Below, in pieces: positions 1-11,470 of a stretch of 43,117 nucleotides of DNA. The notes under the pieces were generated by a model. It ran no database searches and was not told where the DNA came from. It worked only from the letters and a program-made list of their open reading frames with translations. The translations under genes were made by a program, and so were the position numbers. Numbering within the stretch: the first letter of the stretch is position 1; each line of letters opens with the position of its first letter. Source of the DNA: Dimorphilus gyrociliatus (taxonomy: Eukaryota > Animalia > Annelida); assembly GCA_904063045.1 (NCBI GenBank), contig CAJFCJ010000167.1, positions 10,854-53,970 of the forward strand. The letters are read 5' to 3'.

Positions 1-1283
1 TTTAAAAGGTTTTGTATTCAACCAGTTTTTTTAATACTTTGGATGTTAAAGAGAGTTATCTATCTATTTATTTTTCTAAAAGCTTAATTTTCTATTTATA
101 AACTAACAAAATGAGTTTTTATAGATAAATTAGTCTCTAATACAGACATGTTGTTGCAATAATTCATATATTAATCCTTATATTTATATTTCATTATATA
201 TTCTCAGTCGGATCACATTCTGAATAATGTGACTACCATTTTGTAATTAAAATAGAATTCTCATTATAACATGTTTAAATAGCTATAATCGTTATCTTGT
301 ATAAAATCAAAATCAGGCTGTCCTACTTATATGCTGAATTAAACAAATAAGAATTGTGCATTCTATATCAATTTTTAGATTAACATCTCAAGTTTTTGTG
401 TCTTTGATATTTTAGAATAAAGTATACATTTTTTGTTTTTTTGAGAAGTGTAAGATAAAAAAATTCCCTTTGACCATTAAAACGAGTTTTTTAAAATTGA
501 AGAAATGTAGATAAATTATGATAAAAAACAATCAAATAGGTTTAAACTTTATTGAAAATTAAAGTATATTAGATTTTTTATTAAAAAATAACATTGGTTT
601 GAAAAGGCTATTTTGGGTTGCTGAGTATAAAAAAATTGATGAAATTAGGTTTCTAATGGTTAAAATATAAAAACTTAATAAAAAATAAATCCATTAATTT
701 TTATAGACTATTAATTTTTTCATCATTACTAAATTTTAATAATAAAAACATAACAAGTGAAATAAATAATTATTTTAATTAACATCAGAAAGCAATAAAC
801 TGAAGTAAAATCTTAGACTAAAATGTAAAACGAAAAGGAAGAAATCATTAAGGTTGAATAGTACAACTCAATAAGGTTTTATTCCAAAAATAAAATACAA
901 CTTTGGTGAAGGCTGTAAAAAAATAAGGCATAGAAGGATTTGATAAATTCAATGTTAAGTAAAAAATAGAATATCCTACCTTTTTTTAAAAACACGTTTC
1001 TAAAAATATAACAATATATTATTATTCAACAAAGAGTTATATTTCAAAGTACTACTTTTTTAGTAAGTAGTTTATTTTGGTAGAGCTTTTTTGAGACTGT
1101 TAAAAAAAATTAGACACTTATGAATTTATGGTTTCCTTCTATTTTAGAATAAGTAGATGTTTAATTTCATCCTTAAATGTCAAAAAAGTACTAATAAAAC
1201 AAAAGAAGAGAGGTTATAATTCTAAATAAGTCTAATTTATTATATCAAATAGTAGAACAACATTTAATATTCCCTAATCTTCA

Positions 1284-2050
1284 ATGAGCTATATTGTAAA
1301 AGGCTATTACAAATATAATACGAATAAACATTTATGTAATAATGGTATGCCAAATAGAGTCAGTTCTCCCATAAGTAATCATATACTTAATCAAACTGAA
1401 AAAAGTTGTGTAAAAAACTACTTAATAAAATTGAAGAAATTTGTAGTTGACTTTACAGATATTACAATATGTGAATACTTTAATAATAAAAAAATGGTTT
1501 CGTATTCTCTAACAAAAAAGCTTTGATTAATGTGTTACCATATTCTTTTAAGTTTTAGGCAAGCAAGAAAAAAGTATTCAAAACAAGTGATAAAAAAATT
1601 TTAGTTAGTAAATAATGTGAATTAAAACTGCAAATTTCAGATTTGATGAAGACCTAATACACAATTTAATACCAGAGGAATTCTAAAACTCGATAGAGGT
1701 GATTTTGTATATGAAGGAATATTCAAACTCATATATGAAATGGATATAAGATACTATTGTAACATTCTAAGCTATTGTTTATTTAATTAGTCCTCTAAAA
1801 TAGGATTCTTTGACTATATTTTTTCCAGGATAATGATCTAAAGCACACAAGTTCATTAGCTAAATAGCTTTTCAATAAAAAGAACATCATAATTGAATAT
1901 CTGTTTGCCCATCATCAGATTGCAATCCAATCCTGAACCTCTAAAAAGAAAAATAGTTTTTTACTAGAATAAAGTACCAACTAGCTTATACCAAAGAAAA
2001 GAATCTCTTTCAATAAGCCTGTTTAGTCATTTATCTAACAAGAGTTATAA
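1284..2050 (+). pseudogene. Decayed Tc1/mariner transposase remnant
   Basis: ORF 1284-1526 (NKHLCNNGMPNRVSSPISNHIL) resembles the Tc1 ORF at 33914-34231 (TKYLCNNGRPSKLNMEVAAHLI). Around 1822-1860 the sequence reads FQDNDLKHTSSLAK, matching the QDNDPKHTSKLAK second-Asp motif. Multiple stops and frameshifts. Confidence 0.6.
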
Positions 2051-2242
2051 ATAAAAAAGTATCCTGTTTTTTCTTAAGAGTCTTAAAAACAAACATATTT
2101 TAAAACATTGATTAAAAATAAACATCTATTAAAAAAAATCAATATAAAAATTATTTTTAATAAAATTTAGGTAAATTTCTTTTCTTAGCACAATTAATAT
2201 CATAAAAAAATGCATTTAATAATTTTACATCCCCTAAATTAA

Positions 2243-2731
2243 ATGTATAATTTAGAATTATTTAATGCAGAACACATCTTATCGTTAAATTTAGTCAATT
2301 TAGACAGAAATACAGATAACTATAACTTCACTTATTACAATTATTACTTATATAACCACTCAGAAGATATGTTTGTCATTAAAAGTGTGAATAACAACAA
2401 CAGTTTAAAAATACATTCAGATCAAATAGTAGGTTATATGATAGGAAAACAAGAATATCATAAACAAGAAGAAATAGAATCTATTCATGTCACTGCTCTA
2501 AGTATATCCTGTTCGTTTAGAAAGCTAGGATTTGGTAAATACCTGATGGAAAAATTGGAAGAGAATGGAAAGTTGAGGAATTCTAAGTTTGTAGATTTGT
2601 TTGTAAGGAGTAAAAATGAACTTGCTATTAAGTTTTATAAAAGATGTGGGTATTACGTTTATAAAAGAGTTGAAGGATATTATTGTTTACCTGTAGAAGA
2701 TGCTTATGACATGAGAAAAGATTTAAATTGA
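2243..2731 (+). CDS. NAA20: N-terminal acetyltransferase B catalytic subunit (Naa20/Nat3)
   Basis: Motifs NLVNLDRNTDNY, HVTALS..FRKLGFGKYLM, FVDLFVR..N..AIKFYKRCGY and EDAYDMRK match the Naa20 family. CCCC at 2231-2234 lies before the ATG. Confidence 0.9.
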   Translation: MYNLELFNAEHILSLNLVNLDRNTDNYNFTYYNYYLYNHSEDMFVIKSVNNNNSLKIHSDQIVGYMIGKQEYHKQEEIESIHVTALSISCSFRKLGFGKYLMEKLEENGKLRNSKFVDLFVRSKNELAIKFYKRCGYYVYKRVEGYYCLPVEDAYDMRKDLN

Positions 2732-2794
2732 TTTTAAATAAAATTTTATATAAATTTCTTATATTGAATACAATTTAAATATTTTATACAATTT

Positions 2795-2958
2795 AGTCTT
2801 ATATTAAATTATAAAAGTCTTGTATTAAATTATAAAAGTCTTGTATTGAATTATAAAAGTCTTGTATTGAATTATAGAAGTCTTATATTAAATTATAGAA
2901 GTCTTATATTAAATTATAAAAGTCTTATATTAAATTATAGAAGTCTTGTATTAAATAT
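2795..2958. repeat. 21-bp minisatellite, about 8 copies (AGTCTTRTATTRAATTATARA)
   Basis: AGTCTT recurs at 2795, 2816, 2837, 2858, 2879, 2900, 2921 and 2942, between two convergent stop codons. Confidence 0.95.
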
Positions 2959-2984
2959 AAATTATTTATTAATCAGTATATTTA

Positions 2985-3890
2985 CTATATAAAATAATCA
3001 GGAATTCTTAAAATGTTTTCTTCACTATTCGTTTCTGGAGAAGGTTCAAACTGTGTAAAATCATAAGAACCAAGTTCGTCAACTTCCATTAGAGTAGCTA
3101 AATTACCACACCTATAACAATAATTAGGAGCTGAAAATAAAGTTACACATTCGTTTTGGTGGTTCCAACTGTAACCATTCATAACCAATTGATGAGCTCT
3201 ACAAAGCAACTTAAGTTTATTCCTCTTATTAAATTCTTGAGTAATATCTTCTCCAAAGGTAAAACCAGCTCCTCTAGCTGAAGGTCCCCACCCTTTTTTT
3301 TCGTCAGGATCAGACCATAAAATATCACACATAGCACCCTCATGAGGAACTTCCATCTTTCTATCTAATTTTTGTAGTTGGTCTAAAGTATCAATAGAAG
3401 GACTAAGTCCACCATGACAGCAAAAAATCTGATCATTAATAGTAGCAGCAAGTGGAAGAAAGTCGAATAAATCTGTTAAGTATCTCCAAACATTAGAATT
3501 CCCGTATTTTCTCATTACTTCATCATAGAAACCATAAACCTGTGTAATTTGTCTACTTTCATGATTACCTCTGGTAAGATGAACTCTATCTGGATTCTTA
3601 AGCTTTAAAGCTAACAAAAGACAAATAGTTTCTACTGAATGAAAACCTCTATCAACGAAATCTCCCATAAAAAGATAATTAGTATTTGGTGGTAGACCAC
3701 CTACCTTAAACAATTCTATTAAATCGTAAAATTGACCGTGAATGTCACCACAGATAGTTATAGGAGACTTTAAAGCTATAATATTAGGATAAGTAGAGAG
3801 TTGTTGTTTTGAGAGTTCACAAAGCTTGAATATTTCAGTTTCTGTGAGTAATTGACATGCAAATAGTTTTGAAAGGTAAGTATCTAACAT
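2985..3890 (-). CDS. PPP2CA: Ser/Thr protein phosphatase catalytic subunit, PP2A family (PP2A/PP4/PP6)
   Basis: [29 protein letters not shown] and a C-terminal PDYFI (PP2A TPDYFL-like). Start moved from 3932 to ATG 3890, which follows CCCC (GGGG at 3897-3900 on +). The subfamily is less certain than the family. Confidence 0.85.
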   Translation of the reverse strand: MLDTYLSKLFACQLLTETEIFKLCELSKQQLSTYPNIIALKSPITICGDIHGQFYDLIELFKVGGLPPNTNYLFMGDFVDRGFHSVETICLLLALKLKNPDRVHLTRGNHESRQITQVYGFYDEVMRKYGNSNVWRYLTDLFDFLPLAATINDQIFCCHGGLSPSIDTLDQLQKLDRKMEVPHEGAMCDILWSDPDEKKGWGPSARGAGFTFGEDITQEFNKRNKLKLLCRAHQLVMNGYSWNHQNECVTLFSAPNYCYRCGNLATLMEVDELGSYDFTQFEPSPETNSEENILRIPDYFI

Positions 3891-4158
3891 TTGATTGGGG
3901 TTTAAAAATACCTTATTTTTTAAAGTTATCATTTTTTTTAGTTTAATAATATTTTTTATTAAAATTAATTTTTTTTTATTTTTTAATATTTTTTTTTTTT
4001 AATTTTTTTTATTTTTAATTTTTTTTAAAATTATTTTTTTTTATTTTTTTTATTAAAAGAGTTTGTTTAATTTTTTTTAATTTTTTAATATTTTTAATTT
4101 TTTTATTTTTTAAAATTATTTTATTAAAATTATTTTTTTTTATTATTATCATAAAAAG

Positions 4159-4160
<2 letters not shown>

Positions 4161-4198
<38 letters not shown>
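4161..4198. repeat. Poly(dT:dA) tract of 38 nt in the T-rich region upstream of the PP2A gene
   Basis: Uninterrupted T run flanked by near-direct repeats ATCATAAAA(A)GTC. Confidence 0.9.
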
Positions 4199-4200
<2 letters not shown>

Positions 4201-4264
4201 CATAAAAGTCTTTTTTTTAATTTTTTAATTTTTTTATAAAATAAGTTTAATAACAAAATTTAAA

Positions 4265-4444
4265 CTAGCTAAATTCATTCTTTAAAGAAAGAAGAAGGTT
4301 GTTGTATTTCTCATCAATTGATAAAAGATCCTCTCCAATTGGGGTTTTATTTCTATTTCTTCGTATTCCATTTTCTATTGTTTTACTATTCAATACATTC
4401 TTTTTCTTCTCACTTTCATCTTTTATTGAAGCTACGTTACCCAT
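4265..4444 (-). CDS. Small 59-aa protein with N-terminal myristoylation motif (MGNVAS...)
   Basis: Manual translation: MGNVASIKDESEKKKNVLNSKTIENGIRRNRNKTPIGEDLLSIDEKYNNLLLSLKNEFS*. CC-T-ATG context, and more GC-rich than the flanks. Absent from the ORF track. Confidence 0.65.
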   Translation of the reverse strand: MGNVASIKDESEKKKNVLNSKTIENGIRRNRNKTPIGEDLLSIDEKYNNLLLSLKNEFS

Positions 4445-4543
4445 AGGTTCTATTTTTTTTAATTTTTTATAGAAAATATTATTTTAGAAAAAGTTCTTTT
4501 TTAGGAAATATTTATTTAATACTTAAATTCTAGAATAAAACAT

Positions 4544-6386
4544 TGTTGCAACAAAAAGTGTCCGGGTTGCAAAAAGTGTCCGGCCTTAAATAGCATTTAT
4601 TTATAAAAATAAAGTGATTTGTAAACTTTTTTATTTTTTTTTCAATTATAAATTTACTAAAAAGAGTAAGAGCTTCGTGACAAAAAGTGTCCTGGTAATT
4701 TAATAGGGGTCTCCTTTAATAAATTAATAGGAAAAAATGGATAAGTGTCAATGGCTGACAAAAAGTGTCCGGGGTATTTTTTTAGAGATTTTATCAACAT
4801 TATAAGGTAAATTTAATAGATATTATGATTTTAATTAAAAATATAGTTTTTCTGAATTTTTTAGATAAAAATTTACTTATAAAGTATCCCATGTCTACAA
4901 ATTTACTAATTGAGAACGATGAAGAAAAAAATAATATAATTATTTATCTATCTAATAAAACATATCCTATGAACTTTGACGATTCCCAAAAGAGAGTGTT
5001 ACGTAGGAAGTGTAAAAACCTAGTGTTAAGAAATGGACTATTGAAGATGGTTGATGATAGGATAGAGAAAGACATAATTCTAAGATCAGAAATAAATAAA
5101 AGAAAAGAAATAATAATGGAGAAGCATAACGTTGATCATGCCCGGGGAAGAGTTGTGTTTAATAGAGTAAGACAAAGATATGTGGGGATTACCATAAATG
5201 ATGTTAATAGTCTTTTAGAAAGCTGTGAAAATTGTTTAAGGGAGACGCCTCCAGCTTTTGTTGAATCTATTACACCTATAATACCATCATATCCAAGGGA
5301 AAGGTTAATAGTTGATACTGTTGATCTCAGTGTATATTCCCAACATAACAATGGATTGAAATACGTTTTCACAATGATTGATAGTTTTACTAAATTTGGA
5401 TGGGTTTACACGGCTAATAACAAGAACTCAGAGACCTTTTCTGCTATTCTAGAACAGCACTTTTATAAAGAAGGAACTTGGGAAATTTTTCATAGTGATA
5501 ATGGAGGTGAATTCAGAAACAATAGAGTGGAGAGTATTTTAACCAGATTTAATGTAATTTCTACACATGGCAGACCATATCATCCCCAATCACAAGGGCA
5601 AGTTGAGCGTTTTAATCGTACAATTAAATCGAGAATAAGAAAATCTTTTGGCTTTAACCAATTTGATTGGCATAATCATATTGATAGGATTGTATATTAT
5701 TACAATAATACAGCTCATAGAAGCACAGGAATCAAACCATTTCTGTTATTTAAAGGATTCGATAGCGAGCTGTTGAATAATATGAATACAACAACTTTCT
5801 CTGATGAAGCAAGATTAAGTTTATTAAACTATGTAGAAACATATCGCAGAGAATTTTCCATTAGATCATCTCAGCAAATAAGAATAGGGGATAGAGTGTT
5901 ACTGGTTAAGCCATATAGCCCAACTATAAGAAGAAGGGCCCTTGAGTCACTTTATTTTGATGATATTTATGTAGTTGAAGAAATAAATGGTGAAAGAATC
6001 ATTATTAAAAGTCAAAACTCTGAAGAGACAAAACAAACTTCAATACGCTGTGTGAAGAAAATTATCTAAAAAATTCAGAAAAACTATATTTTTAATTAAA
6101 ATCATAATATCTATTAAATTTACCTTATAATGTTGATAAAATCTCTAAAAAAATACCCCGGACACTTTTTGTCAGCCATTGACACTTATCCATTTTTTCC
6201 TATTAATTTATTAAAGGAGACCCCTATTAAATTACCAGGACACTTTTTGTCACGAAGCTCTTACTCTTTTTAGTAAATTTATAATTGAAAAAAAAATAAA
6301 AAAGTTTACAAATCACTTTATTTTTATAAATAAATGCTATTTAAGGCCGGACACTTTTTGCAACCCGGACACTTTATGCTACAACA
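4544..6386 (+). mobile_element. Ginger/TDD-like DNA transposon (retroviral-type integrase with long TIRs)
   Basis: 325-bp TIRs at 4544-4868 and 6062-6386, TGT...ACA ends, flanking 5-bp direct repeat AACAT (4539-4543 and 6387-6391), and a single integrase ORF. Confidence 0.9.
4891..6069 (+). CDS. rve-type DDE integrase/transposase with HHCC zinc finger
   Basis: H-x3-H...CENC, LIVDTVD, FHSDNGGEF, PQSQGQVERFNRTIK and C-terminal IRIGDRVLL. ATG 4891 directly follows CCC; the track start at 4825 lies inside the TIR. Confidence 0.9.
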   Translation: MSTNLLIENDEEKNNIIIYLSNKTYPMNFDDSQKRVLRRKCKNLVLRNGLLKMVDDRIEKDIILRSEINKRKEIIMEKHNVDHARGRVVFNRVRQRYVGITINDVNSLLESCENCLRETPPAFVESITPIIPSYPRERLIVDTVDLSVYSQHNNGLKYVFTMIDSFTKFGWVYTANNKNSETFSAILEQHFYKEGTWEIFHSDNGGEFRNNRVESILTRFNVISTHGRPYHPQSQGQVERFNRTIKSRIRKSFGFNQFDWHNHIDRIVYYYNNTAHRSTGIKPFLLFKGFDSELLNNMNTTTFSDEARLSLLNYVETYRREFSIRSSQQIRIGDRVLLVKPYSPTIRRRALESLYFDDIYVVEEINGERIIIKSQNSEETKQTSIRCVKKII

Positions 6387-6426
6387 AACATCATTTAAAG
6401 TCTTTTTATTAATAAAACTGTTATTT

Positions 6427-7605
6427 TCATAAATTAATCTTTTTGATATTTTCAGCACGACTTTCTTTAGGGCAATAAGGACACTTTAGTCTTACTGCTT
6501 TTTGTGCTAGTCTTCCAACTGCTTCTGCTGATACGACATGGTAACACTCAAGTACCATTGGTGGATTGGATGGTGAATGTGGTGTTTTAAGTACTGGACA
6601 GACAAATATTGAGTGAAATGTATTTTTCTTTGACACAGGAAGTTCAATGAAAAAGTAATTTTTACCTGAGTCTGTTTTATTTACTAGATCTGTTTTACTA
6701 TTAAATTCAGAGTTTATTATATTTGGTTCCACTTTGCTATTCAAGTTTGTGTTTAAAACTTTCATCTGGGAAAGATACTCTATTGATTCTAAACCTGCCT
6801 TATAAAAAATTTCGAGAGGTGATTTTTCCAGAATGAATTCTTTCTGACGGAAAATCACTTTTATTAAAGACTTGAGATGATCAATCGACGATTTAAGTAT
6901 TCTTTTCTTTGATGTGTCATCTGATGTTATAAATTTGGTTAACCTTTTCAGTCTACTTGAATATTTTACAGTTCTATCATTTCTTTCAAACTTAATACCA
7001 TTTTTAACATGTGAATTATCAATATTATTACTGTTTTTATCTTCTCTTTTATTGTTCATATGCGTATTAATTTCATCATCATCTCTTAAATTTATAAATA
7101 TTCTTTCATCTTTAAAAGAAGCTCTGAACCACTCAAAAGCATTTTGAATAGAAACAAAACCAATTAACATAAATTTGACTGCCTTAAAATAAAACATTAA
7201 TTCAGAGTCTTTAAAAAATGACAGGTTTTTTTGGATATACTTCTCTAATACAGTTACATCCGAGTTGTCAATTCCTTCTAATATTTGAATATAAACTTTA
7301 AAATTTTTGTAGTAATTTAAATAGAAACTCTTCCTTTTTGTTTCTATTCTAGTTAGAAATAGCTTTGCTAATTTCAAGTCCTTTCTTATTAAATAATCTA
7401 ATATTAAAAAATTTGTACTAAAATTGGTATTAGATGCAATATCTGTATAAAGATTTGCTGTGTTAACAAGAACAGATGATTTAAGCTTAGTATAATCTAA
7501 TTTTAACTCTGATATTAAACTTTCTGTATTTTTTATTACATCTTCTTCTGAAGAAGAGTTTATAACTTTATTTATACTTTCTATAGGCTTTTGTACTTGC
7601 TTCAT
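6427..7605 (-). CDS. RMND5: RMND5/Gid2-like RING subunit of the GID/CTLH E3 ligase
   Basis: The C-terminal HSIFVCPVLK..NPPMVLECYHVVS...KCPYCP matches the degenerate Rmd5/RMND5 RING. The length (392 aa) fits. Confidence 0.8.
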   Translation of the reverse strand: MKQVQKPIESINKVINSSSEEDVIKNTESLISELKLDYTKLKSSVLVNTANLYTDIASNTNFSTNFLILDYLIRKDLKLAKLFLTRIETKRKSFYLNYYKNFKVYIQILEGIDNSDVTVLEKYIQKNLSFFKDSELMFYFKAVKFMLIGFVSIQNAFEWFRASFKDERIFINLRDDDEINTHMNNKREDKNSNNIDNSHVKNGIKFERNDRTVKYSSRLKRLTKFITSDDTSKKRILKSSIDHLKSLIKVIFRQKEFILEKSPLEIFYKAGLESIEYLSQMKVLNTNLNSKVEPNIINSEFNSKTDLVNKTDSGKNYFFIELPVSKKNTFHSIFVCPVLKTPHSPSNPPMVLECYHVVSAEAVGRLAQKAVRLKCPYCPKESRAENIKKINL

Positions 7606-8016
7606 CTATTTTTTAACTTATTTTATAGTTTTATTAGTTATCTGATACATTTAATGTTTGAGCTAGATTATTTAGAATTAGAACTTTGTATACACAATAA
7701 AGTTATGTCCGTTATTTTAACATTCGTTGTTTGAAACTTTCTGATTTAGAATGTATTTTAAAACATTCCATCCTAAGAACAGATATACTTTCTAATTTGT
7801 ATAAAACCATAGATCTGTTTTAATCAAGCATCATGTTTGGTTTTAAATATCGTATTAATTTTTTAAATACTGTATATTTTATTTAAATAAGCGGTGTTCC
7901 TTACTATTTTTGTTATGCAAAATCATAATTTTCATGTTTTTTTTCAAACCAGGAATTTTTCTTACAAAAAATGTTTTACTTTTTTAATAAAAAATATACT
8001 TTCGCAAGCATTTTAT

Positions 8017-8757
8017 ATGTTTCTATTTTTCTTAGCTGTTTGTCGAACTGCAACAGCAGAATCTTATGCTGATGATGATAGAGAGATACAATGTTCTATG
8101 GAAGATAAGATATACGAGATTCACTTAAATATTCACTCAGATCAGGCTGTAATACAAGCAATAAAAGATACATCAGAGCATTCTTTCGATAGAGGTGCTG
8201 GAACAACAACAGAAGCTTTAGAGGATTATTTTGGGTATGTTAATGCAGAACTTAACAAATATTTACAGCGTTTTAAAGTTCAGATTAAGCTAGGCCTGAA
8301 TGCAGAGTCGACTAAAACTTTTATAGATGCTTATAACTCAAAGCAGTCCTGTGAAGTTAAAGACCCCGTTATAGCTATGACCAGTGAGGTCTTTTCATAT
8401 GTGAAAAATTCTTATGATAACAATATTGGAATACAACTTTTTATATTCAGCTGTATTTATATAGATGAGAGAGCAGAACTTCATACTGTATTTAATAATG
8501 AGATGTGTGGTAGAGTAATAGGAGTTATATGGAAGGGCAGAGAGGAAACTAAGATTCTTCTAAGAAATGCTATTATGGATGCTCTTACTGGGTTGTCAAA
8601 CACTGTTTCGGATAGTTTCCAGGATGACTTGGTGATAAGCGGGCACTTATGCTCCTTTGTAAGTAAATGTGTAGGTATGGGATCCTCTGCTATCGGACAA
8701 ATTATTTATGAGAATTCTTCAGAGAGTACACCATCTGCAATTGAATATGAATATTAA
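8017..8757 (+). CDS. Putative secreted hypothetical protein (Cys-containing)
   Basis: Open frame. ATG 8017 gives a signal-peptide-like MFLFFLAVCRTATAE. The track start at 7894 is GTG. Confidence 0.7.
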   Translation: MFLFFLAVCRTATAESYADDDREIQCSMEDKIYEIHLNIHSDQAVIQAIKDTSEHSFDRGAGTTTEALEDYFGYVNAELNKYLQRFKVQIKLGLNAESTKTFIDAYNSKQSCEVKDPVIAMTSEVFSYVKNSYDNNIGIQLFIFSCIYIDERAELHTVFNNEMCGRVIGVIWKGREETKILLRNAIMDALTGLSNTVSDSFQDDLVISGHLCSFVSKCVGMGSSAIGQIIYENSSESTPSAIEYEY

Positions 8758-9369
8758 CATAAAACCTTCAAAAGCATGTTATTTATAAACCGATTAAATT
8801 TTAAGAGAACAAACGATATAATTAAATTATTTCTATACAAACAATTTATAAACCAACTAAAGTTGTATATAAAAGTAAAACAGGTACTTTTTAAAGAAAC
8901 GATATAACTATATCATTTTTATACAAAGTTAAAGTAAAAGTTATGTTTATTTAGTATAAAACTAGATTTTAAGCACTTATTATTTTTGTTATTACAATTT
9001 ATAATGATAACATGAAATTACAGCCATTTTAAATTTTTTTAATTTTCTGTTTATTTCATTCGTTTAACATTGAATATTCTTCTAATATTAAAGGTTTAAT
9101 GTTAATTATCCTAATAAGAATAAAAAATAAAGATTTTATATAAAAGTAGAAAAATTGAAATATAGGTTCAAAAAAGATTTATAAAATAAAATACAGATGT
9201 AAATTAATTATGATTATCTATAAATATGATAATAATATATTAAATTTTCTAGATAACAAAATAAGAGTAAAAGAAAGTAAATAAAGAAAAATTTTAAATT
9301 ATTTTTAAACTTAACTAAATCGGGCTTTTAATAATATTTACTTTAGGATTTAATAACAGTCACAAGAAA

Positions 9370-10357
9370 GGTAAAAGGGATTTTTGGGGTACAACTATAT
9401 TTGCTTCTTAAATAAAAATAAAGATATTTTTAGATTTAAAACGTTTTTTTATTAATTTTCATCCGAGCCAAAATTTTCAAAAAAGGATTTTCCGTTTTTA
9501 GAAATAAATAGTCTTCGATATATGATTTTATATTTGGTTTTATGTTACTCCCTCTTGTTTTTAAATAGTATTTGAGCCATTTCCATTGATTTTCTATGTT
9601 CTGAGTATGCTTTTTTCTGTTTCAGGGGCTATAAATACATCTTTGTGTTTAATAGAAAAATGACCATATTCAAGTAACTTCACTCCATTATAGCCTTTCT
9701 ACTCGTCAGTTATAATAACTGAATATTCTTCTACATTCTTTACTATTATTTTAGATAGTGTTTCTTCATCTCTTTTTGTGACAAACTCAAAGAAACACTC
9801 TTTTGTAGCTCTACAGAAACCACCTACTACCCATATCTGCTCTATTAGTCTTCCTTTGTTATTTTTCCTTTTACTGACGGCACTCTCATCAATTTCAATA
9901 ATTCTACCGCCGCCCCTATTTTTTTTTCTGAAAAGTCATCATATCGTCTACGAATAATTTTTAAAATACTATTATATAATGTTTTGGTGATGTTATATTC
10001 ATTATAAATTTGGATTGGTGGTGTTTTAATGCTCCATTCATATATTATAAAAATGATGTTTTTTAACGACGATTTAATATTGTCGAAATAAAACATTTTA
10101 CGTATCGAAACTTTTATATTATTACATTTTCTCGTCTTACAAAGCCAAATGAACCATCTATGTTATGATGTGGTACCAAAACCATCGCCTTTTTACAGCT
10201 TTTACACAAAAATTTTTTCTTCAATAAACCCAAATCCATCATCCATGATAAAAATCTGCTCGGATCAAATGAAATAGTAAATAATTCCAATCTCGAAAAT
10301 ACCATTGGGGGTAAATATTAAGCAAATATAGCTGTACCCCCAAAAATCCTTTTTACC
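9370..10357 (-). mobile_element. Merlin (IS1595/ISXO2-like) transposon, degenerate
   Basis: About 37-bp TIRs (GGTAAAA..GATTTTTGGGG(G)TACARCTATATTTGCTT) and a flanking CAAGAAA repeat. Zn-ribbon start FLCKSCKKAM from ATG 10305, and an ISXO2 segment (VTKRDEETL...VIITDE*KGY) with stops. Confidence 0.85.
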
Positions 10358-10496
10358 CAAGAAATTTATATTAAATTAATTAAATAGTTTTTTTTAATTG
10401 TTTTAATCCTTATTTAAAATTTTAGAAGTGTAAATAAAAATTTGCACCAAATTAGTATAAATGGTCTTTTTTCCTATTAGCTGGTTAAGAATTATC

Positions 10497-11470
10497 GTTA
10501 ATGGTATAAATTTCGAGAACTTTCAAAAATTAAAAAACCTATATAAAACTTTAATTAGTTTTTTTATAGAATAAAATCTCAAGGTTTATTATTAAATGAA
10601 GACTTAAAGATGTATTTACCTAAAAAAAACTTGATTGACGATTTATACTCGTATAATTTCTGTAAAGTCGCTCTAAACCTTTGAAAAAATAAAGATAAGA
10701 TTGATTAATTTTATTTTTTCTGTAATATCTGCAAGAAGAAAAAAGGCTACAAAGTCACAATTAGACACTCAAAAATAAAAAACTCTTTAATTGAGTTCTT
10801 TAGGATGTTGATTGCTTAATTAAGGTAAATAAAGTCTAGGAAACAAAAGAACTTCTCTGAAATTTCGAAAAAAACTATTATAAAACACCAATTTTTCATA
10901 AGAAACGAAATAAAAAGATATAAATAGTAGTTTTTAAGATGCTTAAAAAGTTTAAAGAAGTGGAATTTGATAAAACGTTAATCATCATAAAATTTTAATA
11001 TAGAAAGACTTATAAACAAATATGGCCATGGGTAACTATTAATCGCGATACACGCTCATTTTATTTTGATACCGTGGAAAACAGGAGACTACCTGTATTA
11101 AGATAGTTTATTAGAAACACAGTTCAGGATAACAGAGTTGTATTAAGTGCTGGAGTGGTCATCAAAGAAGTACTTCTTTGGAGGAAACGACATATAACAC
11201 CATGAGAGCGTTAGCCACAAAAACAACTTTTTAGGCCCGTAATCTGGTGCTCAGCTCAAATTATATAAAAGTTATGGTTTGGATTGAAGAAAATTCTAAG
11301 ATTAAGGTGTTTAAGCTTTAATAGTTCTTTAAAATTATACCTATTTGAGTTCTGTTTCAGATGTAAAAACAAAGAAATAGCAATATTGGAAATATTCAAA
11401 TAAACATTACCAGCGATTAAAAGGGCGAGGGGGGGAATTTTTAAGGGCTCTCGAAATTTACACCATTACC
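10497..11470 (+). mobile_element. Merlin transposon, highly decayed
   Basis: TIRs G(G/T)TAATGGTRTAAATTTCGAGA at 10497 and ending at 11470. Interior remnants EVEFDK, NRDTRSFYFDTVENR and HESVSHKNNF. Confidence 0.7.

Noticed and set aside
4015-4203. Poly-Lys ORF and possible retroposon poly(A) tail
   Set aside because: Translation of a T-rich non-coding tract. No retroelement body is adjacent.
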